NCBI GenBank assembly: GCA_977016875.1
Contig: CDRNST010000195.1
Span: forward strand, 2,790,001-2,854,000
From: Pavona decussata
Lineage: Eukaryota
Direction: 5' to 3'
Length of the DNA stretch: 64,000 nt
The notes beneath the pieces were generated by a model that was given only the letters and a program-made list of their open reading frames with translations, was not told the origin of the DNA and did no database searches. Positions 26,283 through 39,424 of the stretch are shown here, piece after piece. A program made the position numbers and the translations under genes. Positions within the stretch are counted from its first letter, which is position 1, and the number at the start of each line of letters is the position of its first letter.

Positions 26283-28339
26283 TCCCTGAATAGTGGAACC
26301 TCAAGGGCATCTCTTTTCATTGACATGGAGTATATCAGTGATAAAATCATCCTGGATTAGCACCCCTGGTTCTGCACTTCCTCTTTTGTCACAGCCTTCC
26401 AAACTGCCTCTTCTGTTGGATTGGCTACCCCAGCCATGACCATGTGCCACAATAAGTGAAACGAGCTGTTCATTCCACTGACCTCAACAGGAAACAAGTG
26501 GAAATGAAATTCTGATGGTGGTAATGGCATTCCACAATAATGTTATTGTGGAATTGTATGCATTATATTACAGTAAAAATAGTCAACAAAGGAGTAAGGG
26601 AGAGAAAGGGATTACTGATTTTGTGATTTTGCTAAGTTTATAAGCAACAAAAACACGAGGCAAAATAATACGATATTTAAAACTACACATAACCAGTGTA
26701 CGTACCTGGAATAAATCTTGCCAAGTGCAGATGGAAACTTTCCAAAGAAGTTGAGCCTCTGGCACATCGTAACACTGGCATCTTGACTCCACCCTTTACT
26801 AGATGTCTAGTTATGGTGTACAAGGGGATTCCAGGGGAATCCTGTATGCATGACACATGCCACTTTTGTTCTGGCCACAAAGCTGTCAGCATGTCATCCA
26901 TGAATAGCAGAACCCCAAGGGTATCTGTTGCTATCGACATGGACTCCATCAGCGATGAAATCATCAATTTTTTTAATTTTTTTATTTTTATTTATTTTAT
27001 TATCCTCGATGGAGCTTCGAAACCCCTGGTTCTACGTCTACAGTGGCGTGCTATCTCCTCTTTCGTCACAGCCTTCCGGACTGCCTCTTCTGATGGATTG
27101 GCTACCCCCGCCATCTTAAGCTCCCCTCTTTTAGTGCTGTATAGCACTGCAAGATCTTCTACATCCCACTCAAAATACACCTAGCAAGGCTTCCCATGAA
27201 CACACCATAGAGTGGATGACTCACACCAGCACCCAGAGGTTGCATAAAGTGGAAAATATCAAGGCACACAACCATATTAGCCCAACTACTAAACAAGGAA
27301 TTAAACCTTGAAGGACCCTCCTAACAGCCACAGCAAACCCTGTCAGTATATAAAATCAGAGGCGGTTCAACCCCAGCTTCGGCAAACCTCTTCACCAGCC
27401 CATCAGCCATCGGCTTCAGAGAAGATGTGCTCTCTGTGTTTACAGTGGGGTGCCATCTCCTCTTTTATCACAGCCTTCCAAAGTGCCTCTTCTGATGGAT
27501 TGGCTTCCCTCGCCATCTTTAGCTCCCCTCTTTTAGCACAGTATAACAGTGCAAGATCATCTGCATCCCACTCAAAGATGCACCCAGCAAGGCTTCCCAT
27601 AAACACACCAGTTTATTAAAAAAAGGTTGAATTCTAGAATATCGATTAATTCCATAGTATTGGAAATTGAGACTGCTTCAACACGGAAAATGTTCCTCTA
27701 AGAATCAGCTCTTGAAATCGCTATTTCTTTGAAAGAACAATCATGTCATATTTTAGACAAGTGAACCTCATTTTGCTTTCTTGGTGTGGTACGTCATGTT
27801 CCTGTCATAGTTGTGCTAATTGACGCGTTCAGCATTACTATTTCTAAGTTCTAAAAAGATAATCTTAATATTTCTTTCCATCTGATCACTGTAGTGCCTA
27901 GTGCATGGTTGTAGTAGAAGACAGTCTTGTTGAAATGGCGACAAAGGAAGTGGCGTGTGAATTTACAACAGACTTGTTAAGGAAAGCTGGAACTGCAAGG
28001 TTTGGAATGTCCAACAGTGGATAGGTACAAAGCTATTAGAAACCTTGCTTCCAATACATACTTTTTTCTTTGCATCTCCCCCAAACGTTTGCATTAGTTA
28101 GTTCTCATTCCCCTCGTGAACACCATGGAACACCACGCTCACTCAATGTCCCATATCACAAGAGCTTAGGATCTCAAACCGCAAGAAGTGTCAAAACATT
28201 TTAGTGAAACTGTCATTGATAATTGACACAGACGGAATCATTAAAAATAATGGCACAGAGCTGTGCAATGAACTGGAATCATCAATTTATCATCAAACAC
28301 TTTTGAATTACACTCTCACAAAGAAAGTGAAAAAAAAAT

Positions 28340-30270
28340 CACTCCCTGTAATCCCCTGAAACTCCAATGTCAAAAATCACATCATCTGCTGGTTCATAAA
28401 AGGTCTTCACCTCTTCCACAGCATTTCTCATACTTTTTTTGCAAACTGCTTTTACAGCACTCTTCACGGCAGCAACATGGTCTTAGTCTGAGTTTTTATT
28501 CATTGGAGTGGGCGTATTCATCACACCAGTAAATCTCCCTAGAGCTTGATGGCCAGTGCCAATGTTTCTTGTAGCCAAGACTATTCTTTGGTTTACCTCA
28601 AATGCTTGGCTCCCTTCCCTTCAATTTTTGACGTAGTATAAAACCTCTCAGAGAATTAACAGTTAAAGTTCCTGCACTTCAACAGAAGCAGGGAAGCGAA
28701 GCCCATTTTGGCAATGTCATCTTTTTCCAACTTGATAGGCCATATTTGCGAGCAGGGCAACGGAATTTAACTGAAAACCCAAGGATAGCACGGGTATGTC
28801 AACCCAACGAAAGCCCTCTGTTCATTTTAAATCTTTCTCACCTTCTGATTCTCCTGAAAGTTCATTCAGCTTTTTTATTGAAGCTGGAATAGACTTCATT
28901 TCTGCAGCATCTGTACTTAAGCGCCGCATACACATGGGTTCTTTGGTCTTGGACTCTTCAAGTTCTTCTGCCAATTCTCATTCAACTGAACCTTCATTTT
29001 CCACCCTTTTTTTCTGCCCAGTATACCTGTTACCTGCGAAGGTTCTTTTCTTTTTTCTACTGCTCCTAAATTTCTGCATTAGCAGTTCTGAGTTATCAAC
29101 TTTCTCTGTTTGAGGTTTTTCTGCCAAATCATCTACTCCTTCTTTTCTTGAGATACACTCCAGTTGTCTCTGAATGGTTCTTAGTCTTTCCAGTGAATAG
29201 TTGAAATTTCCTTTTTCTTTGATTCTGTGAGATTCAAGAGGCACTTTCGACACAGTGATAGCTGAGATGTAAGGACTACAAGTTATCACATGGACATTGC
29301 ACGTGGCCATCATCTAATGAACAAATTCTGGGATGGATTGGAGAACAAGTTTGATCTCGCCTCCGTAAAACAGTAAAAACATTCTTCACCCCTTCTTATT
29401 AAAGTGAAATTGCAAAAAAAAGCTGCCATTTTTGAGCCGAGATACTACTAAAAATGTCATTTTACTCTAGCCATAGTTCAATTTTGTGTCGTTCAGGTGA
29501 AAATACAGAATATCCAAGCAGGTAAAGGCATGTCAGTATCACTGAGAGATTTTCTCTTCCAAGGGGTGTGATCTAGTTACGCAATCACACAGCATTCTCC
29601 CAGACAAACTCTTCTGAATTCACGTCTAAACAGATGATAGCCTTTGTCGTTTCTAAGGACTTGCTTATGTCTTCAAAGGTTTTGTCTATATTAGCTAATT
29701 TTGGTTTATTTGTTAGGACCGCAAAACCCCTTCCTTTTCTTTCTCCTGACTGATCTGAATGTCCTTTTTCCAGGATTAACCATATCATAAAATGTAGCAG
29801 CAAAAAGCGCTAGATTATTGTAATTTAAAACAACCCGACTTCAAAACTCCACATAGACCATGCTTCGCAAAATATGGAGTTTTGCAACCAAAAGACTCGC
29901 ATTGCATTCTGGTGGTCGAAAATGAAAAATAGGAATGGAGTGGACTTCAGCTATTAGGGTGTGCAGAAGTGGACTATCTGTGAATTGTTGACCTGACGCT
30001 AATGGAAAAAAGCCATGACAACCATAATAAACAAAGTATAAACAGGCAGTCGCTATGCATAATTAATTGACTATTTTGCAATTAATAAACCATTTAAGGC
30101 GGGATTTTCATATTTTCCGAATTTTTTTTTACATTTTAAAACTTCAATAAATGAACCTTTCGAGGGCTTCTAAGCAATTTTCATGAAACTTTCGACTTTT
30201 ATTCCAAAATAAGGGTTAACTACCTTCTTGAGTTGAAATCAAATAAGAAACCCTGAAAGAAAATACCTAA
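28340..30270 (-). mobile_element. Kolobok/Mutator-like transposase N-terminal relic plus upstream sequence
   Basis: KKRTFAGNRYTG, EVNQRIVLATRNIGTGHQALGRFTGVMN and SMRNAVEEVK..FDIGVSGD (broken at the first catalytic D). The right boundary is approximate. Confidence 0.7.
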
Positions 30271-30559
30271 GTTTGAACACGATCGTCCACCACTAAGTAA
30301 CTTAATTGTTACATTTTTTTAAACCAAAAGATAATTGCCTCATACTAGAAAAAAAGTTTATTTACTATGTGACTAAGATTTTTCTCTAAATTTGCGAAAA
30401 CATCTTGAAAAACACAAATTAAGGATGTCCAGTAATGTCCATTTTCACTGAACAATTTGAGAGGAAAACTATGATGTAAAGTGAATCTTTACGATAGATG
30501 ATCTTTCATTTTAGTCGGCGATAAAATGTTCCAATTCGAAAAGGTGGTTGTAAACTTCG

Positions 30560-31283
30560 TCCTCGGAAGATTCTAGTGTGATGTCAGACGATAAATGCTG
30601 CATCACCGTTTTCAGCATTGGGTGAAGACTTTCAGCCAGATGAGTTTGTGGTTTTGGTCACCATGCACTGCAATACGAATTGAGGCGTTAACTGAACTGG
30701 AAGACGCAGGTTGCAATACGCTGCAGGTGAGGCATTCATGAGGGTGACATTAGTTGAGGTTAGGTCACTAATCTGTTTGTTGCATTTGTTGCAAGACAAC
30801 CAGGTCTTGAAGCTGTCTGGAAGGCGAAGTTTGTTGACGTCAATAGTTTTACTGTCAAAAAGGCTTCTGAAGAATTCTTCTGTAGGAGGAGGCTAATGGT
30901 CATCTGCAATTGTGATTTGATTGCCAGGGATAGTTGTCAGGTACTTGGTGGAATCCTAGTGCCTTATGCAAATGTTCGTGATTGTGTAGCATTTGTGGTT
31001 GGTGACTTCTTGTACTGCATCACCCCAAAGTGTAAGGCAAATGGTACCAGTGCTGTCGGTAATGGCACAGTGACTAAGCAAAGGGATGAAGAAGCCATTT
31101 TTCATCAGAACTTATTGAATAGTGTCTGGTGAAGAGTCAGAATTTCCTTTTACTAATGTCACTTGATTTTCCTGTAAGCTCAGAATGTCTTCAGTGGCAA
31201 TGAGGGGTTGTTCAGTGGATGACAGGATTTCATCATATTCATAACGAATACCGTAATTGTTTGTTTCTTCGAGGTGAGATCTT
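30560..31283 (-). pseudogene. Putative OB-fold/RPA-like gene relic, truncated by the duplication junction
   Basis: Degenerate frames with C-x2-C motifs (SCNKCNKQI; CSVLQP). Paralogous to 37478-38190. The fold assignment is tentative. Confidence 0.35.
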
Positions 31284-31605
31284 TACATGGTTAATCGATA
31301 ACAACAAAAGAAAAGTTTCGTGAGCACGTTGGAAGAAATATTACCTTCATCAAGGGATGATAAAAAGGATAATAGATTTCTTTAGTTTGCCAAATCGTAA
31401 GTGGGTAAAACATATCTTTTACATGAAGCACAAAACTACTTTTGATTACAAAGGAAGCTTAAAGAATAAAAGAAAAAATCCATAAAATATTTGACACTAA
31501 TACTTTGTTCTCCTCGATAGGGAATTACACTTAGAGGGACAAAATTGCTATCTTGCTTCATTTTTTGATTTTACATTGCTCAATGTGTGATTTGAGTGTG
31601 ACACC

Positions 31606-33657
31606 TTTTTTTTTTTTTTTAGTTACTTACATTGTTCCTACCCTATTTACAATACAACGTTTACTCTACTTACAATAAAATACAATGCAAAACCATACTT
31701 ACACGTTACCATGCAAAACTAACATACGGTCTACGAAGGATACGCTTACGCCACAATACAATGCAATAACTTACACTATTATGAGTTCTTACTTACTTCT
31801 TTGTTTTATTCCTATTACTTATAATTACAGCGTTACAAATAAGTATATCGCAATAACAAACAACACTACACAGAACCTATTATTAATTACTTACAATTGC
31901 AATACACATTTTGAAACGATCAATAAGTAAAGTAATCAAAAGCAATTCTAAAAAAAAAACAAACAAACAGAAAAAACAAAAAAAACAAAAACAAAAAAAA
32001 AGCAAAAAAAAAATACATTACTGACAATTACAATTAAGAAAACGCTGCAGTCATATTTTATTATTTTATAATACAGTACTTATATATACAAAGCAGTTTG
32101 TGTTTTTTTTTCTTGAATTAAGGCAGTGAAAGCGGAGCAAATGTACCCAAAGTCAAAAAACAGGCAAAATGTACAGTGGATCGAGACACACTGATAACTA
32201 AAAAAAAAACAAGGCTTTCTAACAAAAAGTGTTCAAAAATTCCCCCTTTTTTTAATGAGCGCATTCTGCATTGGCCTCCATATTGTAAATTGATTTCAAG
32301 TATTGTAGAAAGCCTTCTATCTTTGGTGCGGTTTCTTTTCTTTTGCTCATCCAGATATAATTCCTAGCTAGGAGGTAGGAAAAATTAATTTGCTAGTAGC
32401 TCTTGGAAGAATCCGGCTTTAGACCGAGAGCAACAAGTGGGTCTATTATGTAATGTTCGGGAGTAATGTGGAGAAAAGTTAGCCTTACAGTTAAATCATG
32501 CCAGAAAGAGGCAACTTTAGGACAAGACCAAAAGAGATGAAAAAGTTTCTCCTGTTCCCCATTACAAAAGGAGCAGTTTAGGTTGTCCCTTACTCCAATT
32601 TTTGTTAGGAAGTCATTTGTTGCTATTCGTCTATGTAAAAATTTGAACTGGAATTCAAGAATTCTCGTACTTTTGGTGTATTTAGAGGCTAGTTGATAGG
32701 CATCTCGCCAGTTAATTGAATCAACATCATCCAGTTGGCAGTCTTTTAGCCATTTCTGTTGATTATGAGATGGGTGCGTGCATTTTGTGGAAATAAATTT
32801 GGTGTAAACCAGTCTGTTTGCACTTTGGCACTTTGTTAATTTGGCCACGAAGCTTTCATAATCACAATTGTTGGTATAGTTGTTTTTATATGTATTCCGA
32901 AGAGATTTCAGAGTTGACAAAAGGCCACAGTATTTTAGAGGGCAAATATTAAGGTTGTATTTGCGCCGCATTTCAGCTAATGACAAAAAATTGTTGGAGG
33001 CATCTTTCAAATGTTTCACCTTCGTGACGCCCCTGTCAAACCATTCTCGATGGAAGATAGGGTAGTTATCGATTCTTACTAAAGAGTTGTGCCATAAAAT
33101 TTGTTCAAGAAATTGTTTCTCTGACATTATGTGTTCATCAAAATTGACTTCTGCCCAAATTAGCAGAGTCTCTTTTATAAAGCAGTTTTTAATCTTGGGA
33201 TTCTCTATGGTGTCTTTCTTGTTTAGGTTACTACTGAGTACTATTGAACCTCCATGCCTCTCCAGCTCAAGATCAAAAAAATATTTCCATTTCCCCTGAT
33301 TTCCTTCGTCTAGATATTTTTTAATCCATGTCGCTTTTAGGGACTTGCTAAAAACCTGTATATCTATCATTTTGAGACCCCCATTTGGGTAATCATTAAT
33401 AATTATACCTCGCTTAATTTTATCGCCTTTTCCATTCCAGAAGAATGAGTAGAATAGCTTATTTACTTCTTTGATAGCTTCCACATTTGTATGTAAAGGA
33501 GAAAGCACATATACGAGTTGAGAAGCTACTAGGCTCTTTAAGACTGTAAGTTTTCCAATAAGGGTAAGTCTGTGGTATTTCCAGCAGCTTAAAACATTTC
33601 GAATCTTATCCAGTTTTTCGTTGTAATTTAAGGTTGTTGCTTCCGGGTCAATTGAAA
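31606..33657 (-). mobile_element. 5'-truncated L1/Tx1-clade LINE with poly(A) tail
   Basis: ORF2 C-terminus LTLIGKLTVLKSL, GGLKMID, FQFKFLHRRIATN and zf-RVT CSFC..EKLFHLFWSC. Poly-T at 31606-20. 11-bp TSD agtgtgacacc / agtttgacacc (31595-605, 33658-668). Empty site in copy 1 at about 18761. Confidence 0.93.
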
Positions 33658-33719
33658 AGTTTGACACCCTTGCAAAATCTCTCAAATACGTTTTCGATAT
33701 ACATCCTTAATAGTGTTAA

Positions 33720-36615
33720 ATCTTCATTTGCTGTTCAAATATGTCCTATATATTTCAAATTTATTTGCAATGAGCACTTTCCAATAAGCACTTTCCAATA
33801 ATTCAGTAGTAAGACTCGTAAGCCGCGTCCTCATTAGTTGGAATTCTAATGTCTTTAGCAGAAGTCTTCTCTTAAAAACGTGTGGACCCTTGTGGTAGTT
33901 GTCCATACAGCTACTTTAACGAGCCAGAAAGACTTATCAAGACTGTTGCAAGTGCATCTACCTTTGCCGGGGTACGCCCCTCTGCGTCTTCTTTTCTCTT
34001 TAGCCACTCCATTGTTCGCACAATTTTTACTTGCGTTGTGGGTTCTTGGTCAGCTGTAGTGACAGGAACAGAAGAAGATGATGACGCAGGACCAGGTTAC
34101 TAGAAGGATGTACGATTTGTAACCCTAGTCTGTCCAGTGGTATCCACGGGATCGGTAAATGAAAACTGTTCCACCACAACATTTGGCAAGGAAGAAAGAC
34201 GCAGCAGGCAGCAGTTCATTTGCTTCGTTAGGAGGTGGGGCAGGAATTTGAAGACCTCGAATTAGGGTTTTTATTTCCTCCATTCGCACTGTGTCTTTGA
34301 ACCAACGAGTAAGTGGTCTCATTGATGTGGAAAACAACTAAATTTGTTTAGTTTAAAATTGTACTCCTGTTCAGGACGCGAGCACGAATACCGTGATATT
34401 CGGCAAGAAATAGCTTCCACCTTGAAGTGTATATTGTTTTCCCAGTATCACCTCGTTCTTTCCTCGGCTGTGGATGTTTGTTGCACAGATGAATGCATAC
34501 TGCTTCAACAAGAGCTTCCTCTTGGTGAACTTGCTGGAGCACCAACTGATAAGGAACACCTGAAATTGACAGGAACAAAAGATGGTATTGTACCGTAACA
34601 ACAACAAGCTAAGGTAATAGTGATAATTTTTCTCTTTGTTGCAGTGACGATTTCACTATACCTTTTCATTGCCTCAATGGTGACATATCCAGACCTTTTT
34701 TCTTTCGATCTTGCAATTCCTTTTGTTCACCTTGCTGAAGTTGGTGATGACATCCCCTGAAGCTAACTCTGCTGAAGCTGTCCACAATGCTAAACGGTGG
34801 ATTAAACTTGATAAAATTGACGTTTTTCTTAGATTTTAGAAAACTGCGGAGCAAACCGATCTCTAGTGTCTCTAGTGATTGGTTGGCCATTTTTTCTTCT
34901 TAGGCTTGAAAGCTAAGGGTCTCTTCTCAAAGTATGGTTTCACTTTTGAAATCATAGTTTAAAGTTAAAAGTTAATCTGATTGCCTGCCTCACTTTGATA
35001 AACCTTAAAGGCCTTGTTTATTTTCTCTTCTAAGTCTTAAATGTTAACTGGAAACTCGGCAGGATTTGCTCGTTTGAAGGAGACTTGGATAGACTGTTTG
35101 GGTAAGCAATAATATTATTAGTAAACAATGGTAAACAGAGGAGGTTGTTGCAGATTTTGCAACCAACCACGTCACAAGACTAGCCACTGCCGTTCACTAA
35201 ACTTCCAGTGATGGTATACAAGGAGATTCCAGGGGGATCCTGTATGCATGCCATATGCCAATTTTGCTCTGGCCACACAGCTGTCAGCATGTCATCCCTG
35301 AATAGCGGAATCCCAAGGGCATCTCTTTTCATCGACATGGAGTACATCAGTGATAAAATCATCGTGGATTAGCACCCCTGGTTCTGCGCTTCCTCTTTTG
35401 TCGCAGCCTTCCGAACTGCCTCTTCGGTTGGATTGGCTACCCCAGCCATGACCATGTGCCATAATAAGTGAAACGAGCTGTTCATTCCACTGACATCAAC
35501 AGGAAACAAGTGGAAATGAAGTTCTGATAGTGGTAATGGCATTCCACAATTATGTTGTGTGGAATTGTATGCGTTATATTGCAGTAAAAATAGTGAACAA
35601 AGGAGGAAGGGATTACTGATTTTGTGATTTTGCTAAGTTTATCAGCAAGAAAAACACGAGGCAAAATAATACGATATTTAAAGCTACACATAACCAGTGT
35701 ACGTACCTGGAATAAATCTTGCCAAGTGCAGATGGAAACTTTCCAAAGAAGTTGAGCCTCTGGCACATCGTAACACTGGCAGCTTGACTCCACCCTTTAC
35801 TAGATGTCCAGTTATGGTGTAAAAGGGGATTCCAGGGGAATCCTGTATGCATGGCACATGCCACTTTTGTTCTGGCCACAAAGCTGTCAGCATGTCATCC
35901 ATGAATAGCAGAACCCCAAGGGTATCTGTTGCCATCAACATGGACTCCATCAGCGATGAAATCATCAATTTTTAAAATTTTTTTATTTTTTATTTTTATT
36001 TATTTTATCATCCTTGATGTAGCTTCGGAACCCCTGGTTCTACGTCTACAGTGGTGTGCTATCTCCTCTTTTGTCTCAGCCTTCCGGACTGCCTCTTCTG
36101 ATGGATTAGCTACCCCCGCCATCTTAAGCTCCCCTCCTTTAGTGCTGTATAGCAGTGCAAGATCTTCTGCATCCCACTCAAAATACACCTAGCAAGGCTT
36201 CCCGTGAACACACCATAGAGTGGATGACTCACACCAGCACCCAGACGTTGCATAAAGTGGAAAATATCAAGGCACACAACCATATTAGCCCAACCACTGA
36301 ACAAGGAATTAAACCTTGAAGGACCCTCCTTACAGCCACAGCAAACCCTGTCAGTATATAAAATCAGAGGCGGTTCAACACTGGCTTCGGCAAACCTCTT
36401 CACCAGCCCATTAGCCATCGGCTTTAGAGAAGATGTGCTCTCTGTGTTTACAGTGGCGTGCCATCTCCTCTTTTATCACAGCCTTCCAAAGTGCCTCTTC
36501 TGATGGATTGGCTTCCCTCGTCATCTTTAGCTCCCCTCTTTTAGCACGGTATAACAGTGCAAGATCATCTGCATCCCACTCAAAGATGCACCCAGCAAGG
36601 CTTCCCATAAACACA
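33720..36615 (-). pseudogene. Second copy of the DUF6729-associated transposase-like relic
   Basis: Same motifs as 18830-27610 (ORFs 36110..36418, 36000..36188, 35684..35968, 34348..34578), without the BEL insertion. Confidence 0.6.
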
Positions 36616-37477
36616 CCAGTTTATTAAAAAAAAGGTTGAATTCTAGAATATCGATTAATTCCATAGTATTGGAAATTGAGACTGCTTCAACACGGAAAAT
36701 GTTCCTCTAAGAAACAAATCTTGAAATCGCTATTTCTTTGAAAGAACAATCATGTCATATTTTAGACAAGTGAACCTCATTTTGCTTTCTTGGTGTGGTA
36801 CGTCATGTTCCTGTCATAGTTGTGCTAATTGACGCGTTCAGCATTACTATTTCTAAGTTCTAAAAAGATAATCTTAATATTTGTTTCCATCTGATCACAG
36901 TAGTGCCTAGTGCATGGTTGTAGTAGAAGACAGTCTTGTTGAAATGGCGACACAGGAAGTGGCGTGTGAATTTACAACAGACTTGTTAAGGAAAGCTGGA
37001 ACTGCAAGGTTCGGAAGGTCCAACAGTGGATAGGTACAAAGCTATTAGAAACTTTGCTTCCAATACATACTTTTTTTCTTTGCATCTCCCCCAAACGTTT
37101 GCATTAGTTAGGTCTTATTCCCCTCGTGAACACCATGGAACACCACGCTCACTCAATGTCCCATATCACAAGAGCTTAGGATCTCAAACCGCAAGAAGTG
37201 TCAAAACATATTAGTGAAACTGTCATTGATAATTGACACAGACGAAATCATTAAAAATAATGGCACACTACTAACTGATGACCAGAGCTGTGCAATGAAC
37301 TGGAATCATCAATTTATCATCAAACACTTTTGAATGACACTCTCACAAATAAAGTGAAAAAAAAAAATCACTCCCTGTAATCCCCTGAAACTCCAATGTC
37401 AAAAATCACATCATCTGCTGGTTCATAAAAGGTCTTCACCTCTTCCACAGCATTTCTCATACTGTTTTTGCAAACCT

Positions 37478-38600
37478 TTGGAAGATTCTAGTGTGATGTC
37501 AGGCGATAAATACTGCATCATCGTTTTCAGCTCTGGGGTGAAGACTTTCAGCTAGATGAGTTTGGTTTTGGTCACCACCCACTGCAATACGGATTGAGGC
37601 ATTAACTGAACTGGAAGACGCAGGTTGCAATACGCTGCAGGTGGGGCATTCATGAGGTTGACATAAGTTGAGGTTGGGTCACTAATCTGTTTGTTGCATT
37701 TGGTGCAGGACAACCAGGTCTTGAAGCTGTCTGCAAGGCAAATTTTGTTGACGTCAGTAGTTTTACTGTCAAAGAAGCTGCTGAAGAATTCTTCTGTAGG
37801 ACGAGGAGAATGGTCATCTACAATTGTGATTTGACTGCGCAGGATAGTTGTCAGGTACTTAGTAGAATCGTAGTGCTTTACATGAACGTTCGTGATTGTG
37901 TAGCATTTGTGAATGGTGACTTGTATCGCATCACTTGAAAGTGTAAGGTGAATGGTACCAGTGTTGTCAGTAATGGCTCAGTGACTTAGCATAGGGATGA
38001 AGAAGCCATTGTTCATGCGAACTTGTAGAATAGAGTCTGGGGAAAGAGTCACAAGTTTCTTTTACTGACATCATTCGATTCTCCTGTAAGCTCAGAATGT
38101 CTTCATTGAAGATGAAGTGTTGTTCAGTGAATGACAGGATTTCATCATATTCATAAGGTATATCGTAATTGTTCGCTTCTTCGATGTGCGTTCTTTTCTT
38201 GACGATGATGTTGTTTTCAGACGGATCTTGGAGACTTCTCTTAAGGGTCACATTCAACAATGTCACTGGCTCTCTTGACTCCTCGTATTTTTTTGAGGAG
38301 CTTCTGTTTCTTGGTGTTGTAACAAACGGCTCGTGTTTTGAGGTTGTCGCTGTCTTGCAAAGTAAAATTGAAGTGAGGAAAGGATCTGGTTCTGCTTTTT
38401 TTCGTAGGAGAGACTTGATGGACGTAACCTTGAAGTCTGAGTTGGTTTATGTTGTTTCACAAAACTGTAATTAAGGATTGCAAAAGGATACTGGTGAACT
38501 AGCGTTGACACAAGGTGAAATGCGTTTTTGTGTGTTCACAAAGTGACTTTTTATAGCACAATGTTTTATTGGAAAAAGGAGGATTGAAACGCTCCATTGA
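37478..38600 (-). pseudogene. Putative OB-fold/RPA-like gene relic (longer copy)
   Basis: ORF 37967..38266 and neighbouring frames are paralogous to 30560-31283 and extend further 5'. Confidence 0.35.
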
Positions 38601-39175
38601 GACGGAAGCAACATTTCATTGCAAGGAAATTAGCCAATAGAAGATAGGGACAGTACATATATTACGTAGTTTTAATTGAATTGAAGTCAATTTGGATGTG
38701 CACTCTTGGATATTTTTTTAAAAGCCAAGTGTTATCAAATTCAAATGAAACATTGACTTCATTTGAAGCTGGTTGGTTCTCTGAATAGGGGATCTCTGGT
38801 GCACCTTTTGTCATGTTTAAAAAACAACGATAAACTTAAATAATTACCATCAGTTTACAAAAGGAGAAATATTTCAGGCTTGAAAATTTGTATAACAAAA
38901 GTGCTTCAATCAACAAGTTAAAAGATATTCTTACTCATTTTCGTTTCACTAGCACTCTACCAATAAAGTTAACCAGAGCCCTTCTGTTCAAATTTGAAGA
39001 ATAAAAGAAACATAATAAAGAAAATTGCCTTCCTATTAGTTGGAGTCAGCATTGGAATCATTCTTTGATGTAGCTTTATAAACAAAAAAGTATATAATTT
39101 GTTGTTGTACAGTATATTCTAAACTTATTTACTTCAAATAGTTATAAACATGCCACTTTCAAGACAAATTATCTG

Positions 39176-39424
39176 TCAATACTTCCACTCTCTACCTTCA
39201 AACAAAATGAGACTTCCATTCCCAGTCGCCATACTGTCCATTACAAGGTTGAGGTATTCCTTACTCAGCCCACTAGGATCTAATCCATCTTCATTCAGAA
39301 ACTCTACATCAAGTTGTCTCCTAATATGTCTCTCTCCTTCTTTCATCATTTTAAATAAATCCTTCACTATCATGCCAGTTTGTCGATCAACACTCACATT
39401 CTGTCTGGGAAGGTTAGGTTTCAA
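39176..39424 (-). pseudogene. HECT E3-ligase N-lobe fragment (G2E3-like)
   Basis: LDVEFLNEDGLDPSGLSKEYL..LFEG matches the HECT motif L-x-V-x-F-x-G-E-x-G-x-D-x-G-G-x-x-R/K-E-F. Confidence 0.7.

Larger units (their letters stand above)
18830..27610 (-). pseudogene. DUF6729-associated putative DDE (Mutator-like) transposase relic, spliced and internally duplicated, split by the BEL insertion
   Basis: Motifs LYTDR-CC, LDIFHFMQ, CIFEWD..DL..L, HCRRRTRG, HVSCIQDSPG, RCARGSTSLESFHLHLARFIPG and LVEAVCIHLC, recognised as the fish/invertebrate DUF6729-linked family. Confidence 0.6.
18093..31283. repeat. Tandem segmental duplication, copy 1
   Basis: tacatggttaatcgataacaac... starts at 18093 and again at 31284. 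The two copies are colinear through to 31283 versus about 38193. Confidence 0.92.
31284..38193. repeat. Tandem segmental duplication, copy 2
   Basis: Colinear with copy 1. It lacks the BEL and CR1 insertions, 18934-19140 and 28447-30560, and carries its own Tx1/L1 insertion. Confidence 0.92.

Noticed and set aside
32393-33685. 430-aa ORF as a complete gene
   Set aside because: The first residues come from flanking DNA beyond the TSD; it is a 5'-truncated LINE ORF2.
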